A stretch of 50,425 bases of DNA from IMG/VR virus record IMGVR_UViG_3300020045_005338, positions 1 through 50,425 of that record, one strand, 5' to 3'. Each line of letters begins with the position of its first letter. The first letter of the stretch is position 1. The notes under the pieces were generated by a model. That model was not told the DNA's origin and did no database searches. It saw only the letters and a list, made by a program, of their open reading frames with translations. The translations under genes were made by a program, and so were the position numbers. The DNA is from a virus. Taxonomy: Duplodnaviria > Caudoviricetes. Shown in pieces: positions 42,953-50,425 of the stretch.

Positions 42953-45289
42953 TTATCCATTATTGTTATAGAAATGAAGCCTATAACCAAGTTGCTGAAC
43001 ATCATTAGAACTCGATGTGCTTGAACTACCTGTAATCTTAAGAACAACAGCTCCTGTTAAATCCTCAGTAGTCTTTTTATAAATTACAAAACTAGTTGAA
43101 GATGTTGCAAACCTTGAAATGATTCTTTGAATAGTTGTAGCAGACCTAACGATGGTTGATGTTATCTCCCAAGCGGCACTATTCTCGGTAAGAACTCCAG
43201 TGTCCAAAACAGGCTCAGCACCAAAATAATAAATTATTCTTTTGCCAGTACCGTTAGCTCCAGTAATACCCCAGGCCTTATAATCAAGACTTTGGTTTTG
43301 CTCTCCAAGCTGTCCGCCAGAAAGAGTATAAGTCCAAAGATCATCTTCTCCGCTAGTTACGTTTCCAGTGGTTGATGAAAGAGTGTTTAGGGTAAAATTC
43401 TTCTTCCTAGAATCACCTATTTTTTCCCAGGTTTGATACACATCGTTATAAATTAACTGCATGCAAAGACCTGCGCTCATGGTCATGTTATAGCCGCCAA
43501 GATCAAGGCCTGATGCCGGAAAATTTATCTTATCTTGAAGAGTAATCTGGGTTGTTCCAGTAGCATCGTGAACCAACCACAATAATTTTCCGCGATAACT
43601 TGGTTCAATGTTAGGACTTCCAACGCATACAAAATTTGACCCTCTTAATCCAATAACATTAGCAAAATCAATAACAGCTGATGTTAATGTCTCAGAAACT
43701 GTCATGGTCCTTGATTTTAGAGAGAATTGAAGATCTGTATTGTTTAGACACAGGCCACTTCCACTAGCTAATCCAGAAGATGTGCCAATCAAAATTCTTC
43801 CAGTTCTTGTTCCATTTGAATCTGTGGCTAAATAAAGAGCCCCGTCAGTTCCGCTAGAGGCTGAACCAGTTCCGGCAGTTCCAGTAATTAAATAGATACT
43901 TCCTCCCTGCCCTCCTTTGTTGCTTGATCCTCCAGAAGCATTTCCACCAACTCCTGCGCGAAGAATTAAGTTTCCACCTCTTCCGCCTGTATTGTTTCCG
44001 CTTGTAACTGAAAGGCTAGCTCCATCACCAGCAACAAAATCAAAATCTCCGCCTCTTCCTCCAACAGCATTTGTATTGGCTAAATTAGCGGCTCCACCAT
44101 CTCCTAAAATCATAGAAACAGCTGCTCCTGGGCCGCCGCTACCAGTAGTTGTTACGATATTATCCGCACCTTCTCCTCCTATTAAATCAATACCGCCTGG
44201 ATTTGCATTTGCAGAAGTAGGAGTAGATCTTGATCTAGGTTTCTGGGCAGAATCAATAACAATACCTTGAAATCCTGCAATTCCTCTTCGATTCACCCAT
44301 CCTTCAATTTCAGTGAATGAATTATTGGCAAGAACAGTATTATACAAATATAAGTTTGCAGAATTTGAAACACGAACATCATTTTGCGATAAACTGCCAG
44401 AAGTTCCTCCCTGAATAAAAGAATTGTAAACATAACAGACTACTCCAGTCCCTTGTATTTCAAGAGCTTCTACCTGGGTGTTTGTATTAGCGCTTACAAT
44501 AATAGTCACATTCTGCAAATAATTTTCAGTATTAAAATTGCTTGCTTCACCGTTGTTCCAAGACATGAACCCACGAGCTTCTTCTGCTACTCCACCATCT
44601 CCTAATCCATGCGAAACTTCAATCCGGCTATCAAAAACTCTACAAACAGTATCTCTTGTATTATTTGAGTTAACGTGATGAAACATTCCTCTTGTTTGAT
44701 CAGCCGCATTTGGAGAAACAGCTGACAACTGAATCAAACAATTCCTTGCATTAAACCCAGCATTTCTTACGTTAATTCCGTCTCCAGCCGCTTGTCCTGT
44801 AACTCCACAAGTCCATGCCATCCATAGATTCTCAAAAACAATATTTTCTCCAGAAAAACTAGATGTTGCCGGAGCATCAAAATATATTCCATCACCTGCA
44901 TTTGTATTTGCTCTTACAAGCTTCATTCCACCGATATAAATATTATCTGTACTAGAACGGAAAAATGTAGTTGATGCAGAAACGGCATTTAAAATCGTTG
45001 CTAAAGGACCACGGCCAATAATGCTAATCCCTTTATTTAAAATAATGTCAGAACCTATATTTATTGTTCCAGAAGGAAGAAGAATGGTATCGCCTTCACT
45101 TGCGGAATTTACAGCAGTTTGGAGATCATCAGAAACACCCAAATAGATGACTTTTGTTGAATTCTTCATAACATCAGCAATCGTTGATCGATTAGACGTT
45201 AAAGATCCATCGGATGTAACAACATAAAGCAGATCATTTGAATCCGGGCTTGTATTTTGAGCTATAGCAGATACTTTTACGTTTGCCAT
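42953..45289 (-). CDS. Tailspike/fibre with beta-helix (pectin-lyase-like) and Gly-rich domains
   Basis: LQTAVNSASEGDTILLPSG...GISIIGRG..AT beta-helix start; GGRGG repeats. Confidence 0.8.
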   Translation of the reverse strand: MANVKVSAIAQNTSPDSNDLLYVVTSDGSLTSNRSTIADVMKNSTKVIYLGVSDDLQTAVNSASEGDTILLPSGTINIGSDIILNKGISIIGRGPLATILNAVSASTTFFRSSTDNIYIGGMKLVRANTNAGDGIYFDAPATSSFSGENIVFENLWMAWTCGVTGQAAGDGINVRNAGFNARNCLIQLSAVSPNAADQTRGMFHHVNSNNTRDTVCRVFDSRIEVSHGLGDGGVAEEARGFMSWNNGEASNFNTENYLQNVTIIVSANTNTQVEALEIQGTGVVCYVYNSFIQGGTSGSLSQNDVRVSNSANLYLYNTVLANNSFTEIEGWVNRRGIAGFQGIVIDSAQKPRSRSTPTSANANPGGIDLIGGEGADNIVTTTGSGGPGAAVSMILGDGGAANLANTNAVGGRGGDFDFVAGDGASLSVTSGNNTGGRGGNLILRAGVGGNASGGSSNKGGQGGSIYLITGTAGTGSASSGTDGALYLATDSNGTRTGRILIGTSSGLASGSGLCLNNTDLQFSLKSRTMTVSETLTSAVIDFANVIGLRGSNFVCVGSPNIEPSYRGKLLWLVHDATGTTQITLQDKINFPASGLDLGGYNMTMSAGLCMQLIYNDVYQTWEKIGDSRKKNFTLNTLSSTTGNVTSGEDDLWTYTLSGGQLGEQNQSLDYKAWGITGANGTGKRIIYYFGAEPVLDTGVLTENSAAWEITSTIVRSATTIQRIISRFATSSTSFVIYKKTTEDLTGAVVLKITGSSSTSSSNDVQQLGYRLHFYNNNG

Positions 45290-45292
45290 TAG

Positions 45293-45427
45293 TTATCCCT
45301 CGTAAATTATAAAATCATTGTTTTCAGCAAGAATAAAATCACTATTTTCCATTAATGCAAACCCACTAGCCTGTCTAACGATTGACACACTTCCAACGGC
45401 CGCATAATAAACCATCCAGTCTGGCAT
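45293..45427 (-). CDS. Small protein (44 aa) with acidic-aromatic C-terminal repeat
   Basis: Not in track; GAAGG RBS; MPDWMVYYAAVGSVSIVRQASGFALMENSDFILAENNDFIIYEG. Confidence 0.6.
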   Translation of the reverse strand: MPDWMVYYAAVGSVSIVRQASGFALMENSDFILAENNDFIIYEG

Positions 45428-45434
45428 AAACCTT

Positions 45435-45713
45435 CTACCTCATATAAAAGAATGCAGTTCCGGCCGTGCATCTATTGATTGTAAGCCTGTCATCAAGATG
45501 AGATCCGCCAAGATAAAGTGGAAGCGTAAAAGGCTGAGTTTGATTGTTCCTGATATGCACTAACACATTCGCTGTGTTTGCATAGGAAGAAACCATCAAC
45601 TCGCCCGTAGTATCCGTAGAATAAAAAGCTATGGAATAAATTGAAAGATCGATATCTTCCAAACTTCCAACAGCATCAACAATATAAACATTTCCAACTA
45701 TTCGATTAGCCAT
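45435..45713 (-). CDS. Small virion protein
   Basis: Coupled; beta-rich. Confidence 0.65.
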   Translation of the reverse strand: MANRIVGNVYIVDAVGSLEDIDLSIYSIAFYSTDTTGELMVSSYANTANVLVHIRNNQTQPFTLPLYLGGSHLDDRLTINRCTAGTAFFYMR

Positions 45714-46258
45714 TAGACACCCCCGTTAATGTGAGACCGTGAAGTTTCATGCCACAAATTATCGGTGGCGTTAAAGATAAAGTTAATGATTGCTCCTGAA
45801 TCCATGTTGAAGATTCTTGGCATGACAAGCCCAGCTGAATTCTCCAGTATTATTTTATTGCTGACACACTGCAAAGTGATGACGGCATTATGATATCCGG
45901 CAGAAATCTGAGGATTAGCCGCAATGTTTGTAGTAGCCGTTAACCCAGCAACATAAAACCATTGATTGTTGATATCAAACTTGTTTTGAGAGTCATACGG
46001 ATCTAAAAAGGTGATTCCATTGCTTGAATTAACCAGCTGAGTTGTACGGCTATTTAAAGCGGCATAACTTGTTGAGTTAATTCGAGCATCTGGATTTAAG
46101 ACAATACCTTCCCCGCCAGTTGGTTTATTTGACGGGGGAGGCATGTCAAACTCATCCGGCCCAACCAAAGAACTCTTGTCCTTAACAAGCTGGATCTCTT
46201 TGAAAGTGAATCCAGACCTGTCAGAATCTCTGAGTTTATACTTTGATTGTTTAGCCAT
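45713..46258 (-). CDS. Head-associated virion protein
   Basis: SDRSGF.F...LV..DEFD N-terminal motif typical of genes downstream of podoviral capsid genes. Confidence 0.65.
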   Translation of the reverse strand: MAKQSKYKLRDSDRSGFTFKEIQLVKDKSSLVGPDEFDMPPPSNKPTGGEGIVLNPDARINSTSYAALNSRTTQLVNSSNGITFLDPYDSQNKFDINNQWFYVAGLTATTNIAANPQISAGYHNAVITLQCVSNKIILENSAGLVMPRIFNMDSGAIINFIFNATDNLWHETSRSHINGGV

Positions 46259-46662
46259 TAGATTTGAGTGTTAAAAACAAACCTTGTTCCGATGTAATCC
46301 CAATCAGTTCCGTTGTGAGCGAATCCAGCAACTTCTCGGTTTAGAAGAGTTGCGTTACCGCCCGTTGCAGAATAAATCACGACTCCAAGTGCACCACCGC
46401 TACTAGCAACCACGGTGTTAAAAATATTGATGCCGCCAGCTGAATTCTGAATCGTTGCAACTGATCCTGAATTAGCCTTAACATAAATTATTTTTCCAAG
46501 TTCGCCGCCATGAAAATTCGTAATGGTGACTCCGCTATTTGCAATGACGAAATAAGTCCCCATGGAAACATCAGGAGTTGTGTCTCCGGCTGTAAATGTG
46601 TATTCACCAGAACGAGCTCCTGGTTTAACATAACTAAGTCCGTAAGGTAATCTTGTAGGCAT
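46258..46662 (-). CDS. Virion (decoration-type) protein
   Basis: DTTPDVS, TITNF.GG..G; AAGGAG RBS; first gene after the capsid. Confidence 0.65.
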   Translation of the reverse strand: MPTRLPYGLSYVKPGARSGEYTFTAGDTTPDVSMGTYFVIANSGVTITNFHGGELGKIIYVKANSGSVATIQNSAGGINIFNTVVASSGGALGVVIYSATGGNATLLNREVAGFAHNGTDWDYIGTRFVFNTQI

Positions 46663-46711
46663 TTTATTCTCCTTACCTGAACACTAATGAAGTCCAGGAG
46701 TGTTTAAGGAT

Positions 46712-46738
46712 GGAGGGAGGGTCATAAGCCCTCCCCCC
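46712..46738 (-). other. GC-rich stem-loop after the capsid gene
   Basis: GGGAGGG-CTTATGA-CCCTCCC on the minus strand; no U-tract, so partial terminator or stabiliser. Confidence 0.55.
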
Positions 46739-46749
46739 AACTTTAATAG

Positions 46750-47673
46750 TTAAGCTCCAGCCGAGAAATAAAGGTTATTAGCCTTATTCACTTCGACAGA
46801 AAAACGAGCCGTTGCTTTGATTTTCAGGTCTCCAGTTTCGAAATCGCTGTCCTGTTTGACCGTAACTTCACGGCGCATAAACGCAATAACGCCGCCGTCA
46901 TCATGAGACGGATCAGCAATAAGCGTGAATGCATCGGTGTCAGTTAAGAACGGACTAACGATCACTGAGAGTCCCCAGCCGCGAATAGAGTTTACACTGT
47001 TATTCGCAGTTTCTGGATCGTAGCTAGAATCAAGAAGCTCATGAGCTTTCCATGCATTGTTAGGATGCACAAGAAGGAACTTGGGCTTAATGATCTGGTA
47101 ACGATTTGAATCATTTTTGGTCGTTGTGAAGTTATCGATAGCCGTTTGAAGACTCGTCGCAGATAAATCCGCAGACGGGCTCAAAAGGTTCGACCAGCTT
47201 CCACCACGAAGATTCGTGTGAGATCCGCTGAAGATAGCCAGACCATCGCCACCCGTATGAGAAGTCGTTGCCGTGCCAGTATTGATAATGTCATGGCACA
47301 GAACTTCCCAAAGCTCGGCAAAAGAGTTTGTAAGCTCTTTAGACTGAGACTTCATATCAGTTGGAATGGAGCTGTAGAGAATATCTTCGATGGCTTCTTC
47401 CGTGATCCGCATACCGAGACCATAAGTTACATGGTTCCAGCGCTTCGTCGGGCCAGGGACAATGTCATCATAGACAATCTCTTTACCTTCAGGTTTCACA
47501 ACAGGAAGACCGAGGCCACCATAGTAAGCAGACTCTTCATAAGCCCGTTTACTATCATGTCTCACATTTACGAACTTCTTGTAAATCGCTTCCTTGGACT
47601 TCTGCTTGTAGGATTCCTCAGCCGCAGAAAAGAGTCCAGGAACGATGAATTTATTGAATGTTGAACGATTCAT
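46750..47673 (-). CDS. Major capsid protein (HK97 fold, Mu gpT-like family)
   Basis: S.RAYEE, KPEG..I.YD, H.TYGLG.RITEEAIED, DGLAIFS.SH, DLSATSL, PK.LLVHP, V.PFLTD.DAF, DFETG. Confidence 0.92.
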   Translation of the reverse strand: MNRSTFNKFIVPGLFSAAEESYKQKSKEAIYKKFVNVRHDSKRAYEESAYYGGLGLPVVKPEGKEIVYDDIVPGPTKRWNHVTYGLGMRITEEAIEDILYSSIPTDMKSQSKELTNSFAELWEVLCHDIINTGTATTSHTGGDGLAIFSGSHTNLRGGSWSNLLSPSADLSATSLQTAIDNFTTTKNDSNRYQIIKPKFLLVHPNNAWKAHELLDSSYDPETANNSVNSIRGWGLSVIVSPFLTDTDAFTLIADPSHDDGGVIAFMRREVTVKQDSDFETGDLKIKATARFSVEVNKANNLYFSAGA

Positions 47674-47688
47674 TTCATGGCTCCTTTC

Positions 47689-48312
47689 TTAGACTTGGTT
47701 TCCAAGTGCGCCCACTTGGGTTCCGAATTGATGTCTGACAATACGAACAACCCACTTAGCATAATCCCCGTAAGTGTTTCGGGTTCCGTCAGAATTCATC
47801 TGGGGGAGTAATCCCTTAAGCATAAGGAATCCACCCGTCCCGGTTCCGGCAGAGCTTCGATCAAGTTCAGCAGTTGAATAGCCAGTTGTGGTATCACCAG
47901 AAGAAGTACGGAAGATCATTGCCGCATTGTTGAAGATGTTAGTCTCCGCTAATGCTGAGCCGCCCGTATCTTCTTGAACGATAAAATCCTGGAAAGGATC
48001 ATCACAGATTGCAATGAATGCGTCTGTGTTAGCCGGGAGGTAAGGCCCAGCCGTTAATGATTCCATTGCGTTGGGAAGAGTAGCTAAATCGGTGTCTAGA
48101 AATCCAACAACGGGACCAATACATACGGCCCCTGAACTTGCTAGAGCGAGAGGAGCAACTCGTCCATTTGCATCAGCCGCCATTGGTTGCCCAAGGTAAA
48201 CTCCAGCCGCCGCACTAGTCGTCAGACGATAGTACGATTTTTTAAAACCTCCGTCCGGGAAGGATGTAGGAAGCAACCCTCCACGGCCTCGGATCATGTC
48301 ATCGTTTGCCAT
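47689..48312 (-). CDS. Capsid decoration/cement protein
   Basis: MAN.D...GLLP start, DDP, TG.ST.ELD; directly upstream of the MCP. Confidence 0.7.
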   Translation of the reverse strand: MANDDMIRGRGGLLPTSFPDGGFKKSYYRLTTSAAAGVYLGQPMAADANGRVAPLALASSGAVCIGPVVGFLDTDLATLPNAMESLTAGPYLPANTDAFIAICDDPFQDFIVQEDTGGSALAETNIFNNAAMIFRTSSGDTTTGYSTAELDRSSAGTGTGGFLMLKGLLPQMNSDGTRNTYGDYAKWVVRIVRHQFGTQVGALGNQV

Positions 48313-48330
48313 TTTATTAACCTTTCAAAA

Positions 48331-48912
48331 TTAAAGACCCACAACCTTTGTTGATTCCCCGTCTTCTCCGTCTGTGGGGACGTAGAAATTGGGGTTATTT
48401 TTGTGAGCGCCCAACTTACCTTTGACCATATCTTGAGACTGTTTGATGGGACGATTTCTCATTTCATCCGCAATGTGTTTTAAGGTGAATGCGAGAATAT
48501 TGTCTCCGCGTTCAACTGCCCCACTTGTAGAAAAAAGATGATCTGGAAGATCGGGAAAATGCGTCCTATTAACAAACATCCATTTACGAATCTGGGATGC
48601 CTCAGCGATCGATCTTCGGTTTTTGAAAATCCATCTGAAGGTGAATTTATCCTCGTATTTTTTGATCTCTGGAGGAAGCGTAAGGCGGTGGAAATTGGGA
48701 TCTCCCCGTTCACCGAGTTTAATTTCAACATCCTCGATGGTTCTCGGTTGAGCATCAATCACATCGCGCAGATACGCATTCTCTTGATCAAGGACTACGG
48801 TTCGAGTAGCTTCGACCTTAGCTTTAGGTTCTGAAACAACTTGAATTTCCTGTTTAGCTGGGACGAATGTCTCAGCTTCTTTTTTTGAATCACCATCAAA
48901 TATGCTTTTCAT
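48331..48912 (-). CDS. Conserved head-module protein
   Basis: LPP...FRWI...W.FV...V.RGD.IL; between scaffold and cement genes. Confidence 0.65.
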   Translation of the reverse strand: MKSIFDGDSKKEAETFVPAKQEIQVVSEPKAKVEATRTVVLDQENAYLRDVIDAQPRTIEDVEIKLGERGDPNFHRLTLPPEIKKYEDKFTFRWIFKNRRSIAEASQIRKWMFVNRTHFPDLPDHLFSTSGAVERGDNILAFTLKHIADEMRNRPIKQSQDMVKGKLGAHKNNPNFYVPTDGEDGESTKVVGL

Positions 48913-49775
48913 GATTTGAGCTCCAGTCCTTCTTTAAATCCACCTTTATCCATAATCTTTCGATTTCGGGAATAAGTGGAATAAGGAATGCCGGATTGAT
49001 CACAAAAATCAATTTCTTCCTGAGTTAGCGTAATCCGGTTTCCAGGTTGAACAGTTCTTTGGCTTGTTGAAGAACCTGCGGCAACACGCTTGAGGCGTTC
49101 GACTTCAGGATTTTGAGCTTGCTGATAGCCAGCTTTTGACCTGAATTCATTGGCCACAATTTCATATTTTCGCGGGTTATTCATAAAGTAAGGATCTTCG
49201 GCAATTTCCCGGTTAAAAATCCCCATGTAATTACGGAATGTGTCAGATGACTCATCCAGTAGTTCCGGGAATTCTTTTAGGACTCGTTGCTTGGATCTTT
49301 CCTCACTTTGAAGAATAGACTGTTTTAAGCTTTCTTCTTCACGAGCTTTTGCTTGAGATTCCTGAAACTTTGCAATCTGCTCAGAAGCAATCTTTTTTGC
49401 AAGACGCTCGGCTCTGAGATCAACTGCTCGTTTCCAGTCATGTTGGGCAACCTGCTCTACCTGTTCTTCGAATTGACTGTCCTCGTCCGATTGCTCAGCG
49501 TTACGCGCTGGTCTAACCTGTTGAGGGCGAGCATAAGACTCAAGTAACTCTTTATTGCGCTTCTCCATTTGGCGAAGCTCGTAAAAAAGTTTGTTTGAAA
49601 TCTTGCGTTCGATCTCATTTGGGTCAAAACTTGGGGTCGTGACCACATTCTCGGCAGGTTTCCCGGTTGTTGTGTCAATGATCACTTCTTGTTTTGAAGT
49701 GTCCACTAACGGTGTCTCAGAAGGAACAATTGTTACTTCTGGTTTCGGCTCCGCTTTCGCGGGATTTTGCGACAT
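48909..49775 (-). CDS. Capsid scaffolding protein
   Basis: Acidic coiled coil; C-terminal ITLTQEEIDFCDQSGI...Y. Confidence 0.75.
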   Translation of the reverse strand: MSQNPAKAEPKPEVTIVPSETPLVDTSKQEVIIDTTTGKPAENVVTTPSFDPNEIERKISNKLFYELRQMEKRNKELLESYARPQQVRPARNAEQSDEDSQFEEQVEQVAQHDWKRAVDLRAERLAKKIASEQIAKFQESQAKAREEESLKQSILQSEERSKQRVLKEFPELLDESSDTFRNYMGIFNREIAEDPYFMNNPRKYEIVANEFRSKAGYQQAQNPEVERLKRVAAGSSTSQRTVQPGNRITLTQEEIDFCDQSGIPYSTYSRNRKIMDKGGFKEGLELKS

Positions 49776-49783
49776 AAATACCT

Positions 49784-50053
49784 CTAACTTGGTTGTGAAG
49801 TCTCAGACTCCGATGAGGAGAGTCTGGTTATTAATTTATCAGGTTCGCTCATCACGAAAGTAATTCCATCAAGAAATCCTTGGGTGTAGACGGTGTCATG
49901 AGCCCTGGCTTGGCGAATAGCCTCCGCCTTCACCCGCTCTTTTTGAGTTAAGAGCTGATGCAAGTGGCCCTGAAGTCTGCTCCATCCCTGAGTTGAAACC
50001 AGCTCCTTCAGTTCCTGAACCAGTTGCTCCATCTGCTCCCTGTTTAGACCCAA
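49784..50053 (-). CDS. Small helical protein downstream of portal
   Basis: AAGGAGG RBS; L..T.GW...QG.LDG pattern. Confidence 0.7.
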   Translation of the reverse strand: MGLNREQMEQLVQELKELVSTQGWSRLQGHLHQLLTQKERVKAEAIRQARAHDTVYTQGFLDGITFVMSEPDKLITRLSSSESETSQPS

Positions 50054-50423
50054 GCTGTCCTCCTTTTGCCATGAGGGCTTGAACCTTCGCCATCATCTGC
50101 ATGTGTTCTTGAATGTGTTGTTGGCTGAACTGCATGATTTGATTGACGAGTTCTGGAGCTGTGGCCGCAATTTGTGCCATGGCCGGAGAATTCATTAAGT
50201 CTTGGTGCCGCATGATGTGCAGAATGTGATTTTCTGTGAAATTGGCTTTTACCCGGCCAAAATCACCCTGGATCATGAGAGTGTTCTCGTCTTCAGGAGA
50301 ATCAACCATGTCCTGGTCTGGCTCAGGGCCAAGATAACGAGTAATATCATTTTCTTTGCCGTAAGCTTTCAAGATGTCAGCAGTAATGTTATAGATTTTT
50401 ACCGGGTCTGATCCAACAATCGG
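49896..50423 (-). CDS. Portal protein C-terminus (5' part outside window)
   Basis: Frame open to the window end; P..EN..M, ENH..HI..H, HIQEH, Q/G-rich tail; upstream of scaffold and capsid. Confidence 0.8.
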   Translation of the reverse strand, partial: PIVGSDPVKIYNITADILKAYGKENDITRYLGPEPDQDMVDSPEDENTLMIQGDFGRVKANFTENHILHIMRHQDLMNSPAMAQIAATAPELVNQIMQFSQQHIQEHMQMMAKVQALMAKGGQLGSKQGADGATGSGTEGAGFNSGMEQTSGPLASALNSKRAGEGGGYSPSQGS

Positions 50424-50425
50424 AT

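Noticed and set aside
34457-45289. Enrichment of N-x-S/T sequons suggesting N-glycosylated virion or archaeal host
   Set aside because: Rough count looks compatible with the high N, S and T content; promoters, DnaA boxes, lipoboxes and SleB indicate a bacterial host.
460-50411. Numerous short antisense or alternate-frame ORFs in the track (for example 1016-1375, 13253-13669, 43917-44270, 47218-47664)
   Set aside because: Shadow frames of well-supported genes, with no motifs or translation signals.
1-50425. Alternative genetic code, or integrase/prophage boundaries
   Set aside because: TAA, TAG and TGA all end well-coupled genes; no integrase, CI-like repressor, att site or host housekeeping flank recognised.

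Overview
The window is most of a tailed-phage genome with podovirus-like organisation (no tape measure or tail tube seen). It looks circularly permuted: TerL and a DUF2280-like gene run off the left end and the portal C-terminus enters at the right end, both on the minus strand. Sigma70 promoters, DnaA boxes, lipoproteins, GroES and an SleB-type hydrolase point to a bacterial, probably diderm, host. Layout: packaging (1-1.9 kb, -); small early genes (2.5-4.6 kb, +); a DnaA-box-bracketed putative origin (4.6-5.3 kb); RHH regulator with a PD-(D/E)XK/Sak4/SSB/ERCC4/RecA-like helicase module (5.4-9.1 kb); accessory mini-genes ending in a Tad1-like anti-defence gene and a tRNA-like RNA (9-12.4 kb); an ~18 kb glycan-building and tailoring island in two convergent arms (12.4-30.2 kb); a small plus-strand promoter/structured RNA/26-aa peptide cassette (30.3-30.55 kb); then ejection, tail, lysis-membrane, fibre, capsid, scaffold and portal genes (30.5-50.4 kb, -). 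The best candidate for an undescribed system is the island. It encodes three cobalamin-dependent radical SAM enzymes, one SPASM radical SAM, two methyltransferases, five GT2 and two GT-C-type transferases, Gmd, a His-type (ColD/RfbH-like) 3-dehydratase lacking Fe-S cysteines, an RmlD-like reductase, a deacetylase and GroES. All calls come from reading motifs by eye; no searches were run.
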